A stretch of 24,000 bases of DNA from positions 7,678 to 31,677 of the forward strand of contig CAZVKY010000008.1 in assembly GCA_964627915.1 (NCBI GenBank). Direction: 5' to 3'. The DNA is from an uncultured Thermoplasmatales archaeon. Lineage in GTDB: Archaea > Thermoplasmatota > E2 > DHVEG-1. The position numbers were made by a program, and so were the translations under genes. Each line of letters opens with the position of its first letter. Within the stretch, counting starts at the first letter, position 1. This document shows, piece by piece, positions 14,662 to 23,227 of the stretch. The notes below the pieces were generated by a model. It searched no databases, had not been told where the DNA came from, and worked only from the letters and a program-made list of their open reading frames with translations.

Positions 14662-14787
14662 ATGAGAAAATGGTATAGATATTGGTCCCAGGTTCATGAA
14701 AACAATTATCAAAATCTCGAATGGTACCAACAGGAACTTGAATGTGCTCGAAAAGCATTACATTCAAGTAATCATCAACAAAGCTAA
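14662..14787 (+). CDS. Candidate 41-aa W/Y/Q-rich micro-protein (MRKWYRYWSQVHENNYQNLEWYQQELECARKALHSSNHQQS), not in the ORF track
   Basis: A full GAGGTGA SD (14651-14657) lies 4 nt upstream of ATG 14662. This is the same heptamer found before psmA. A T7 run follows at 14834-14840. The competing minus-strand ORF 14570-14767 has no such signal. Confidence 0.4.
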   Translation: MRKWYRYWSQVHENNYQNLEWYQQELECARKALHSSNHQQS

Positions 14788-14855
14788 AAAGAACTATGAT
14801 TCATCAGAGAATTAAGCTAAGCAGAAAAGAAGTTTTTTTATTGTATCAGCATCAG

Positions 14856-14996
14856 CTATTTTGATATGATGTGTTTAGCAACTGTTGGTCTTTCTTTATA
14901 GAATATTTTACTGCCACAGTAAGGGCATTGCATCCCAATATTTTTCACATCAAATTTCACTGTTTTTTTACAGATCCCACAACGATAACCGGTCAT
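14856..14996 (-). CDS. rpoP: DNA-directed RNA polymerase subunit P (Rpo12/RpoP), 46 aa, absent from the ORF track
   Basis: Translation is MTGYRCGICKKTVKFDVKNIGMQCPYCGSKIFYKERPTVAKHIISK. It has the CxxC...CPYCG zinc ribbon followed by K-x-RP, typical of RpoP. Its ATG overlaps the rpl37ae TGA (ATGA at 14996-14993). This is the conserved rpl37ae-rpoP pairing of the archaeal exosome superoperon. Confidence 0.85.
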   Translation of the reverse strand: MTGYRCGICKKTVKFDVKNIGMQCPYCGSKIFYKERPTVAKHIISK

Positions 14997-15298
14997 CTTT
15001 CCTCATCCTCATCTTCATCCATGATATCCAATTTAGTTGTTTCACTACGAAGGATTTTTTCCACGTTCTGACCGCCCTCTGTTTTGGGGATGTAGCTTCC
15101 ACCAGCAAATTTAACACCACATTTCCTACATCGCCAAATACCAGATCCCATTCGTTTCACTTTGAGATGTCCACAGCTGGGACAGCGATGATTTTTACGT
15201 TGAATAACTTCAACATTTCGCACTCGTGATCGTGCCCGAACACCATATCTTGCTTGGTATCGACCAGCTGGACCTACTTTTTTGGTTCTTTTCGCCAT
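14993..15298 (-). CDS. rpl37ae: Ribosomal protein L37Ae (eL43) with an acidic C-terminal tail
   Basis: Begins MAKRTKKVGPAGRYQARYGVRARSRV and carries the zinc ribbon CPSCG...CRKCG. It ends in DIMDEDEDEER. Confidence 0.92.
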   Translation of the reverse strand: MAKRTKKVGPAGRYQARYGVRARSRVRNVEVIQRKNHRCPSCGHLKVKRMGSGIWRCRKCGVKFAGGSYIPKTEGGQNVEKILRSETTKLDIMDEDEDEER

Positions 15299-15300
15299 GA

Positions 15301-16083
15301 TTATGTACCCACACTTTGATTTAATTTATCTCGAAGTTTTTTCCCGTTATCAAGACTCTCTTTAATAACTTTTTTTATCTCTTCTACCGTAAAACTACCA
15401 TTAAGACCTTTTTGCATGGCTCGAATATCCCCTTCTTTATCTGTTGACACGGTCAATCGGGCATCCGCGATTTCTTCTTCATCTAGAGATGGATCGATAA
15501 CCACCACATCGTTGAATTTAACAGAGGTACAAGAAATCGGTGGATCACGCATGGGTAATGAATAATCATCACCAAGCTCAAATCGAGATGCAGGAACCGT
15601 TGTATCATATAACGCTGCCAGAGCCGCTAGTGAGGCACAATCAAAAAGATTACCATCATAATCAATGATATGTATATCAATGAACACGACCCATATTTTT
15701 TCCCCGGGTTCAACACACAGATCTTCTAAAGCAATCACATTTGATTCCCGTATCCCCCGATCAACAACTCGAGCCAGCTCAATAGCATTTTCTCTTGGAG
15801 GACCTGCTTCAAAATCAGGTGATGCCAATGGGATTAATTCTGCAGCAGTAGTAATCACACCTGAATCTGGTGTATCTGGATAAGGCTCTCCTACAGCCAT
15901 TTTTATCCCAGCGATAACCTGGGTATTGCCGATTTTTACTTTTGCTGAGCCCTCTGCTTTTTTAATGAATCCTGGTTCAATACTAATTTCACGATATTCA
16001 TTAAATGAACGTCCATCAGTTCGTTTACCTTGTTTTGCCAGAGCATATAAATAATTTTCTTTAATTGATGGTGAAATCGTCAT
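15301..16083 (-). CDS. rrp42: Exosome complex component Rrp42 (RNase PH-like, non-catalytic)
   Basis: 260 aa. It contains GKRTDGRSFNEYREISIEPGFIKKAEGSAKVKIGNTQVIAGIK. Position after rrp41 fits the conserved order. A GGAGGT SD lies within the rrp41 3' end. Its ATG shares one base with the rrp41 TAA (TAATG). Confidence 0.9.
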   Translation of the reverse strand: MTISPSIKENYLYALAKQGKRTDGRSFNEYREISIEPGFIKKAEGSAKVKIGNTQVIAGIKMAVGEPYPDTPDSGVITTAAELIPLASPDFEAGPPRENAIELARVVDRGIRESNVIALEDLCVEPGEKIWVVFIDIHIIDYDGNLFDCASLAALAALYDTTVPASRFELGDDYSLPMRDPPISCTSVKFNDVVVIDPSLDEEEIADARLTVSTDKEGDIRAMQKGLNGSFTVEEIKKVIKESLDNGKKLRDKLNQSVGT

Positions 16084-16868
16084 TATTCTACCTCCACATC
16101 AGCTTGATATTTGTTAGTAAGCGCTTCTTTTTGTATTTTTGAAACACTATGGCATCCTTTCATAGCCATATCGAATGCTTTCTCAAATTCATCCATGGTT
16201 AAATGTCCATCCATCTGCAGTAAGAGAATCTCATTTGTGCGGGGAGATATTGCAATGGGCAGATCTGCATTACCAAAGTTATCCTCTTCCTTAGCAAGAT
16301 CAACCACCACTTCTCCACCAATGATTTTTCCATCTTTTTCTTCCCCGCCGATTTTTCCAGCCGCACAGGCAACCGGAATATCCCGAAGAGGTATCCCCGC
16401 ATCGGCCAAAGCAACACCTGCAGCAGTAAGACCCGCACAGCGTGTTCCTGCTTCTGCATCTAAAATTTCGATGTTGACATCAATTGCTGCTCGAGGGAAT
16501 TGATCGGTTAACACCACTTTTTCTAAGGCTTCTGAAATAACTTTTGAGATTTCTCTACTCCGCCGATCAGGACCAGGCCGTTTTCGATCATCCACACTGA
16601 AAGCAGCCATATTATAACGAGCATTAATGATAGCTCGAAGTGGATTTTGGGTATGACGTGGGATAGCTTCTCGTGGTCCATAGACTGCAGCAACGACCTT
16701 ATTACCACCCCATTCAAGATAGCAGGATCCTTCTGCTCGGTGGAGAACACCGCATTCAATGGTGACCTCTCTAATATCTTCAGCGGTCCGCCCATCTGAG
16801 CGTTTTCCATTATCATCAATAAGCTTCATATCTGATTTCATATCTTTTTGCACTTCCTTATTCTTCAT
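16083..16868 (-). CDS. rrp41: Exosome complex exonuclease Rrp41 (RNase PH domain)
   Basis: Contains [43 protein letters not shown] and a [12 protein letters not shown] phosphate-binding-type segment. The start is uncertain: ATG 16868 overlaps rrp4 by 11 nt, and ATGs at 16841 or 16829 are alternatives. Confidence 0.9.
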   Translation of the reverse strand: MKNKEVQKDMKSDMKLIDDNGKRSDGRTAEDIREVTIECGVLHRAEGSCYLEWGGNKVVAAVYGPREAIPRHTQNPLRAIINARYNMAAFSVDDRKRPGPDRRSREISKVISEALEKVVLTDQFPRAAIDVNIEILDAEAGTRCAGLTAAGVALADAGIPLRDIPVACAAGKIGGEEKDGKIIGGEVVVDLAKEEDNFGNADLPIAISPRTNEILLLQMDGHLTMDEFEKAFDMAMKGCHSVSKIQKEALTNKYQADVEVE

Positions 16869-17526
16869 TTTTTAAGAGCTGTTCAACTTTATCAGTCAAT
16901 CCAAAGGAAATTGATTCCTCTTCGATGAGTCGAATTGCTTTTAACATTTTTGCTATGTTTTCTTCTTTTCCTTCAATCCATATTCTCCCATTTTGACCAA
17001 CGAACATACGGCATCGGGTGTATTTCTTCAAAAGACTTATCATCGAGCCTTTTTTTCCGATAATCCGTGGAACCTTAGATGGTTCTACATTGATAATGTG
17101 GCCTCCCCGTATCTTATGAAGATTACGGTCTTTGAGAGTGATCTGAAGTTTTTTCTCAAGATCTACTTGAGACACTTTGGCCATGATGGAATCACCAGCA
17201 TTTAAATATTTTTCGGTTTCCCCGAAATCAACATTCCAGGGAACTTCATTGACATGGAGCAATGCTGGATAGGGAGCATTGATATCTACAAGCCAGCTTG
17301 AAGACATCGGGATATCAACGATACCGATGACCATATCTCCGACCACTGCATCATATCTTCCTTTGATGGGGATGACATTGATATAAGGTGATCGATCACT
17401 GAGTATTCCAAGGATTTTTGCATAAATCTTTTTGTGTTCAACAAATGTCCCCCGACCAGGTTTTTTATCCTTGAGTTCTCCAAGTAACTGACCAGGTATC
17501 ACTATTTTTCGTGCGGTTTTTGACAT
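16858..17526 (-). CDS. rrp4: Exosome complex RNA-binding protein Rrp4 (S1 and KH domains)
   Basis: 222 aa. It has an S1-like core ([23 protein letters not shown]) and a KH GxxG motif ([33 protein letters not shown]). It lies directly upstream of rrp41. Confidence 0.9.
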   Translation of the reverse strand: MSKTARKIVIPGQLLGELKDKKPGRGTFVEHKKIYAKILGILSDRSPYINVIPIKGRYDAVVGDMVIGIVDIPMSSSWLVDINAPYPALLHVNEVPWNVDFGETEKYLNAGDSIMAKVSQVDLEKKLQITLKDRNLHKIRGGHIINVEPSKVPRIIGKKGSMISLLKKYTRCRMFVGQNGRIWIEGKEENIAKMLKAIRLIEEESISFGLTDKVEQLLKNEE

Positions 17527-17557
17527 AAGAAGTTAGTCCTCTGTGAATCTCTTTTTT

Positions 17558-18253
17558 TTATTTCAAAATTTTGGTAGAAACATTGCCCTTTGTGCTTTCA
17601 TTTAACCGATCATAGAGTTGTGTTTGCATTCCTGCTGCAAGTCTGATGATACCAATCCAGGATCCATCTGACTGCCAGTCTTCTTGTTCCAATACACCGA
17701 ATTGTCTTACTATCCCATATGCTTTTCCTGCATATTGAGCAGGGATTTTAATAGAAACTTTCACTCGTTCCATAGAAAGAGGGATAATCGGTCGGATGGC
17801 GTTTATGGTTTCTTTCACTTGTTCTCTGACCGGTTTAAAGGGATCAATATGAACCCCTGCTTCGTCCATGGCCCGTTCAATTCGTTGCCGTGGATGAGGA
17901 GTTTTTGTTTGTGGATCCATTGCATTTTTACTGATTTGTTCAACCACTCGTTTCTTTTTATTTTGTTGCATTTTGTGTCGTTGATCGGTGGTAAGTTGGA
18001 TGTCTCCGTGTTTCAGGATAGCAGTGGCAATGCTGTTAATATTAGTGCTATCAAAGTGTTCTTTTAAGGTTTCTTCAGGAGCATGGGTTCCTTTTTTGGC
18101 ATCAATAAAGATTGCGTCAATTGCCAGATGATCAACAATGTTGATATCTTCTCCTTCGATTAAATCTGCAGCGGCATAGGGATCAACCAGAATTTCAAAA
18201 TGATCCTCGCCTTTTTTTAATCGAGCGATCACTGCATCATCTAGGCTTACCAA
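17558..18253 (-). CDS. sdo1: SBDS/SDO1-family ribosome maturation protein
   Basis: The N-terminus VSLDDAVIARLKKGEDHFEILVDP is typical of archaeal SBDS. It uses a TTG start at 18253, with a GGAGGA SD 10 nt upstream inside the psmA 3' end. Confidence 0.88.
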   Translation of the reverse strand: MVSLDDAVIARLKKGEDHFEILVDPYAAADLIEGEDINIVDHLAIDAIFIDAKKGTHAPEETLKEHFDSTNINSIATAILKHGDIQLTTDQRHKMQQNKKKRVVEQISKNAMDPQTKTPHPRQRIERAMDEAGVHIDPFKPVREQVKETINAIRPIIPLSMERVKVSIKIPAQYAGKAYGIVRQFGVLEQEDWQSDGSWIGIIRLAAGMQTQLYDRLNESTKGNVSTKILK

Positions 18254-18255
18254 TC

Positions 18256-18978
18256 TTAATTTCCTCCAATCGCTTTAATCACATAATCCTTGGCTTTATC
18301 TTGATCAAGAATATGAAACTCAAAATCTTTATCAACCATACCGATTTCTGTGGCCTCTGGATTGAGTTTTTCTTCTGTTGCTTGATGAAGGGCCTTTATT
18401 CCTAAGTCAAGTCCTTCTTCCATGGTAAGATCATCTTTGTAATGTTCTTCAAAATAACTCATGGCTCCATTTCTGCCTGATCCTTCACTGCTGGCTTTAT
18501 ATTCCATTAATGCGCCTGATGGATCAGTTGCAAACAATCGTGGACCGGTTTCATCGTATCCAGCAACAAGAAGTGCTGTTCCAAAGGGTCTTACGCCACC
18601 ATATTGTGTATAGGTTTGTTTGAAATCACAAATTTTTTTCACTAATGTTTTTACTTGGATTTTCTCATCATAGGTGATATCATTGATTTGGGCATCAACT
18701 CGGGCTCTATCAATCAATGATCGGGCATCTGCAACAAGACCTGATGTGGCACAGCCAACATGATCATCTATTTTGAAGATTTTTTCTATGGATCCAGGTT
18801 CAATTAAATGTGATGTAATTCGTTTGTCAACGATGAGAATGACCCCTGTTTTGTATTTTAATCCAACAGTGGTTGTTCCTCGTTTAACCGCTTCACGAGC
18901 ATATTCGACCTGAAATAATCTTCCATCTGGAGAGAAAACAGTAATTGCTCTATCATACGCCATATTTGTAGGTTGCAT
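18256..18978 (-). CDS. psmA: Proteasome subunit alpha
   Basis: YDRAITVFSPDGRLFQVEYAREAV is the alpha-subunit signature. A GAGGTGA SD (18986-18992) lies 7 nt upstream of the ATG. Confidence 0.95.
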   Translation of the reverse strand: MQPTNMAYDRAITVFSPDGRLFQVEYAREAVKRGTTTVGLKYKTGVILIVDKRITSHLIEPGSIEKIFKIDDHVGCATSGLVADARSLIDRARVDAQINDITYDEKIQVKTLVKKICDFKQTYTQYGGVRPFGTALLVAGYDETGPRLFATDPSGALMEYKASSEGSGRNGAMSYFEEHYKDDLTMEEGLDLGIKALHQATEEKLNPEATEIGMVDKDFEFHILDQDKAKDYVIKAIGGN

Positions 18979-19119
18979 GTTTCTTTCACCTCATTTTTTT
19001 CCCATATTTAATCGAATAACGATATAATGTTTTTTTTTACCTCAATACATTTGGGTGCTAAATAGTTTGTGTTACTCTTCCTACTAGTGGCATGAATTTT
19101 TTTTATGGTTAAAATGGGA

Positions 19120-19749
19120 TTATCGATGAGTTTCTTTTCCCCAAATGATTTTATGAAGTTGTAACCCAAGATGAACGGTTAGATTTGCTTGTAATATCCA
19201 TTCAGCGAGTTGTGTTGTTGAACTGCCCCAGACTGCTTGGAAATAGACTGGGCATGTTGGGTGGTATTGTTGTATCATGTTTTTTGCATAAGTAAAATCT
19301 TTTTTAGTCCCAATGATAAATTTAAGTTGATCTTGTTTTCGTAATAAACTGATAGTATCTACTTTCATATGATGTTGCATGGTGGACGAAGGACATTTGA
19401 TATCAAGTGATATGCATAAGGATTGTTTATTGAGAAGTGATTCTATGTTTTTTGATCCATTGGTTTCAATGCTACAATGATATCCGTGATTGATTAAATG
19501 TTCAATGAGCATTTCGGTTTCGTTTTGGATGAGTGGTTCCCCACCGGTGAGACAAACCGTGTTACATTCATAGTTTTTAATTTTTTCGCAGATGGCATTG
19601 ATGCTGAGTTCCTCTCCTTGTTTATAGGCATAGGTGGTATCACAGTAGGAGCAACGAAGGTTACATCCACTGGTCCGAATAAAGATGGTGGGTAGACCCA
19701 AAAATTTTCCTTCCCCCTGCAGGGAATAAAAGATTTCATTGATGTTCAT
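19120..19749 (-). CDS. queE: 7-carboxy-7-deazaguanine synthase (radical SAM; archaeosine/queuosine precursor pathway)
   Basis: Begins MNINEIFYSLQGEGKFLGLPTIFIRTSGCNLRCSYCDT with a CxxxCxxC cluster. The 209-aa length and LTGGEP motif are typical of QueE. Confidence 0.88.
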   Translation of the reverse strand: MNINEIFYSLQGEGKFLGLPTIFIRTSGCNLRCSYCDTTYAYKQGEELSINAICEKIKNYECNTVCLTGGEPLIQNETEMLIEHLINHGYHCSIETNGSKNIESLLNKQSLCISLDIKCPSSTMQHHMKVDTISLLRKQDQLKFIIGTKKDFTYAKNMIQQYHPTCPVYFQAVWGSSTTQLAEWILQANLTVHLGLQLHKIIWGKETHR

Positions 19750-19841
19750 ATTATGAATGCATCAGAAATCATTGTTTAAAAAGGTTTATGGTTTCAAATT
19801 TTGCTTGATTTCAAATGTTTTTTCAGAGATTTTTAAGTAAT

Positions 19842-22800
19842 TTAGCTGGTCAGTTTGGCTTGCAATCTTGTTCTTATAACATCCAGTTTAAATCTCATCT
19901 GCCATCCCAGATAGATGATGAATCCAATGAGTGTTAAGTAAAAACCAATACCTGGCCCCCATTGACAAAGCAGGTTCACATTTTCTGTTTGACCAGGAAT
20001 GGAGATGGTAAGTTCATCGGTATCTGCAAAGCTTCCAACTCCTACTTTTGTTACCTCAGACATGGCGACATAGAATAAGATCGCAGAAAGGATAAGCAGT
20101 ATCATTGTAAATATGCTAATTATCATAGAAATCCGGGGGAATTTTTGATGGATGATTAATTCTAAAGCGATGAGAAGACTTGCACCAACGATGAGAGCAC
20201 TAATCAGTGTTAGTATCATGGTAAATTCTTCTGGAACAGAGCTTATTTCTCCACCAATGACTTGATCGGTGGTAGTAATCGTGATCAGGGTTGAAGGATA
20301 AATCATGGTTTTGGTATTGGTGGTAACCGTGCCATTGTCTCCAGTGAGCATCCACCAGGGGAAAAACAAAGAGAGTAATACTATAGCGATAACCAGGAAA
20401 TGTATACTATAATTTTTTTGTTTTTTCAGGAGGAAATAGAGAGCTAATCCAGCAAAAACCAGTAGAATAACGAGTGGTGCAACGGTGTGCGTCAATGAGG
20501 GATGATTACTTACGATATCAACAGATTTGTCTCCTTTGACCATCATGGTTTGTGCTGCAATTTTTTCAGTATCTGATCGGATGGTTATTTCATAGGTTCC
20601 TGGTGGTATGATGATCTTACCGGTTCCTTCTTCAAAAGAAGTTGAAACGGTTTTTCCTTGTCGTTGAACGGTGATCGTTCCCTGAGAAACTGGGTTTCCT
20701 ACGGAATCAAGTAGGGTACAATCAAGTAAAAATTCAGCGGGAAATGTGAAATCTAAAGCAATGTCCTTGTTGAGAGTAATGGTTTCTTCTACAACAAAGG
20801 ATTTGTAACTCATTTTGAGTTTATATGATCCAGGATATAAATCAGTGAACTCATACCAGGCATTGTTTTTATTGGTAGATGGTTGTAGTTTTTCTAAAAT
20901 GATCATTTCATTACTGGTTAACATTGGATTGATATCAACTGCTGGAGAAAGACCGAGAGTGTCTTTCACATTTATTTCGCAATGATATCGGTCAATGGTT
21001 ATTGTTTTCTGTATCGGTTTCAATCGGTTTATTGTTTTCAGCTGGATTTTTTGATCACTGATCAAAAACCCTTTGTAAAATCCTTGAAGTGTCAGTGTAT
21101 TTCTTTTGTAAAAAGGGAAATGAAGGGAAACTGAACCGTTTTCATCGGTGATATCTTCGGCAATGATGTAATCATTTATGGAAAGAGTGAATCTGGCATT
21201 TTCTACTGATTGATCTTTTTGATCTGTAACCGTTGCCTGAAGCATGGTTTGTTGTTTGCAGTAAATATGGGTTTTCGTGTTTGTCTCAAGTTTCACTGTT
21301 GCATAACCAATGTATTTTCGATCGTTTCCAAAAAGTGGGTTTTCTTTGTATATTTTTATGAGATAGTCCCCAGGTTCAAGATCATTGAACCGGATGGTTT
21401 TAAACAAGGTACTGTTTTTGATATCAAACATTCCTCTGATGAGATTGATTTTTTGTTTGAATGTGGTGTTGTCAAAGCTGACATCGATGTCTCCAATTTT
21501 TAATCGACTGATGGATCCGGAGGAAGCTAAATCATTTTCTTTATATATCTCTGCGGAGAGATATGAAATGTTTCTTCCCAGTCCTGCTGAGAGCAGTGAT
21601 CCAAGGGGAAAAGAGGGAGCAAGATGAACATAGGTAGTCAGGGTGTATCGTTTCTTTTCTTCTGCATCATCTTTATCAGTAGTAACATTTCCGCGGGCAA
21701 TCGGTCGAATTTTGTTTAAGGTTTGATACAAAATGGATTCTTCATCGACAGCTTCAAATCCACCGTTTTGAAGGGCGAGATATTGAACATCAAAAGTTAC
21801 ATTTGTTCCTGCCGATATTGCTGTTGAGTGGCTGCCATCTTCATAGGCATTTCGTAAGGCGTAAAGATCACCACTATCTGCTTCAAGACCTGGCAGTGCA
21901 ACATGTTGATGAACACTTGCTTTTACTTGGATTCCATCATTTGGGCCCTCTAATAAACCTGTGTTTTGGGCAAAGAGTAAAGCATGTGCTTTGCCAGAAT
22001 TTGGATCATCAATACAAAACCAGGCTTTTGAACCGAGGTCTTGATCATCATTGGTTCCTAGTAACCATTCAGCGGGATGAGCTTTGGGATCTGTTGGAAT
22101 ATCATAGCTTTTGGTGGTTTCATCTTCGGTATAAATATGGATTTTAGGAAGGATTGTTCCTAGATTCATATCATCAATTGTACCACTCCGTGCTTTGATA
22201 GTGGAAAGTGATGCATAGGTGCCCTCTCGTTGTTGTGTGCCTGCAACAGTGATATCTTGAATGATTTCATGGTTGACATTTACATGGAGATGTTTTGCAC
22301 TGGTTGGACAATAATAATAAGTGTAAATATTATTGGTTTTGATATCTTTTTTTGGAGAGGTTCCCTCCATTTGGATCCGGGTCATAAGGTTGCCATCAAC
22401 CAGTACTGTTTTTTTGATATTTTTTGCCCATTGTGATCCATCATGGGTGCCTGCGGGATCGGTGCTGTAGCTCATGTAAAATGAGGCGATTTGTTCGGCA
22501 TTGGTGGTGGTAAATTCTGTGGAGTTGGGAAGGAGTTTTATGATGGCATTGGACATGCCATTGCCGAGGAGTTCTCCTTTTTGACAGATAGCATAGAGGA
22601 CATAGCCATCCTGAGTGATACGATAGTAATCAAAATCCATGATCTGTCCTGAGATGGGTTCGTAATAATAATGGGTATCTTGTATGGTGATATGATCTTC
22701 ATATGTTACCGGATCTGTTTGTTGATCATCATAGAGGACATAATAGGTTTCTTTGCCAGTGGCATCTTTTGGGATTAAAAAAACCAGACTGCAGGCATCG

Positions 22801-23123
22801 ATATGGGTTTCATCTGTGTATGAAAGATCATAGATTTGAGATTCAATTTCTTCTAATCCGTTCCCATCATCATATGCTACTCTAATAGAGTGAACGGTTT
22901 CGTTTTTTGCCCAACAGCTCTGATCAAAGGTTATTCTTGTATCGATTGGTTGATACTCTGCAGAAGGAATACTAGTGTCAATGGGAATGGTTATTTCCTG
23001 TTTATATGAGAGTGTTTCAATGCTGGTAGAAACAATTGGATCTGCTAATGATGTTGGTGGATTAAAACATAAAAGAATGCTTAGGAAAAAAAGAAGGATG
23101 AGTCTTTTTTGAATAATAGCCAT
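19842..23123 (-). CDS. 1093-aa secreted/surface protein: signal peptide, large N-terminal ectodomain (DUF2341-like start), carboxypeptidase-regulatory-like beta-sandwich repeats, polytopic C-terminal membrane domain
   Basis: The signal is MAIIQKRLILLFFLSILLCFNPPTSLADP. The N-terminal block ITIPIDTS...HSIRVAYDDGNGLEEIESQIYD...LVFLIPKDATGKETYYVLYDD resembles DUF2341 (from memory). At least three repeats of about 85 aa, of the type V-x-D-x2-G-x-P/S-V...PG-x-Y-x-[IL], span roughly 20510-21250. The final ~210 aa (19842-20500) contain about 5 hydrophobic helices. Confidence 0.6.
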   Translation of the reverse strand: MAIIQKRLILLFFLSILLCFNPPTSLADPIVSTSIETLSYKQEITIPIDTSIPSAEYQPIDTRITFDQSCWAKNETVHSIRVAYDDGNGLEEIESQIYDLSYTDETHIDACSLVFLIPKDATGKETYYVLYDDQQTDPVTYEDHITIQDTHYYYEPISGQIMDFDYYRITQDGYVLYAICQKGELLGNGMSNAIIKLLPNSTEFTTTNAEQIASFYMSYSTDPAGTHDGSQWAKNIKKTVLVDGNLMTRIQMEGTSPKKDIKTNNIYTYYYCPTSAKHLHVNVNHEIIQDITVAGTQQREGTYASLSTIKARSGTIDDMNLGTILPKIHIYTEDETTKSYDIPTDPKAHPAEWLLGTNDDQDLGSKAWFCIDDPNSGKAHALLFAQNTGLLEGPNDGIQVKASVHQHVALPGLEADSGDLYALRNAYEDGSHSTAISAGTNVTFDVQYLALQNGGFEAVDEESILYQTLNKIRPIARGNVTTDKDDAEEKKRYTLTTYVHLAPSFPLGSLLSAGLGRNISYLSAEIYKENDLASSGSISRLKIGDIDVSFDNTTFKQKINLIRGMFDIKNSTLFKTIRFNDLEPGDYLIKIYKENPLFGNDRKYIGYATVKLETNTKTHIYCKQQTMLQATVTDQKDQSVENARFTLSINDYIIAEDITDENGSVSLHFPFYKRNTLTLQGFYKGFLISDQKIQLKTINRLKPIQKTITIDRYHCEINVKDTLGLSPAVDINPMLTSNEMIILEKLQPSTNKNNAWYEFTDLYPGSYKLKMSYKSFVVEETITLNKDIALDFTFPAEFLLDCTLLDSVGNPVSQGTITVQRQGKTVSTSFEEGTGKIIIPPGTYEITIRSDTEKIAAQTMMVKGDKSVDIVSNHPSLTHTVAPLVILLVFAGLALYFLLKKQKNYSIHFLVIAIVLLSLFFPWWMLTGDNGTVTTNTKTMIYPSTLITITTTDQVIGGEISSVPEEFTMILTLISALIVGASLLIALELIIHQKFPRISMIISIFTMILLILSAILFYVAMSEVTKVGVGSFADTDELTISIPGQTENVNLLCQWGPGIGFYLTLIGFIIYLGWQMRFKLDVIRTRLQAKLTS

Positions 23124-23227
23124 GAAATAATAAATATACTCTTTAATATAAATATGTTTTTTATTATTTTATGTGTATTGTCGACAAAGAAATGATTATC
23201 TGAATAAATGGTGATAAAAAAAGAGAA

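Noticed and set aside
14570-14767. Minus-strand 65-aa ORF
   Set aside because: No SD. It overlaps two plus-strand micro-ORFs that each have strong SD signals, and its product is hydrophobic low-complexity.
14871-15229. Plus-strand ORFs 14871-15071 and 14885-15229
   Set aside because: Antisense to rpoP and rpl37ae, both recognised by zinc-ribbon and family motifs.
15665-18067. ORFs 15665-15883(+), 16111-16503(+), 16199-16459(-), 16523-16819(-), 16993-17205(+), 17286-17483(-), 17684-18067(+)
   Set aside because: Alternative-frame or antisense ORFs within rrp42, rrp41, rrp4 and sdo1. They arise because these genes are somewhat more GC-rich and stop-poor.
19494-22885. Short ORFs nested in queE and in the 1093-aa gene (19494-19739, 19498-19695, 21210-21503, 21385-21627, 21803-22147, 22230-22436, 22703-22885) and 23499-23726
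   Set aside because: Shadows of long, well-supported reading frames.
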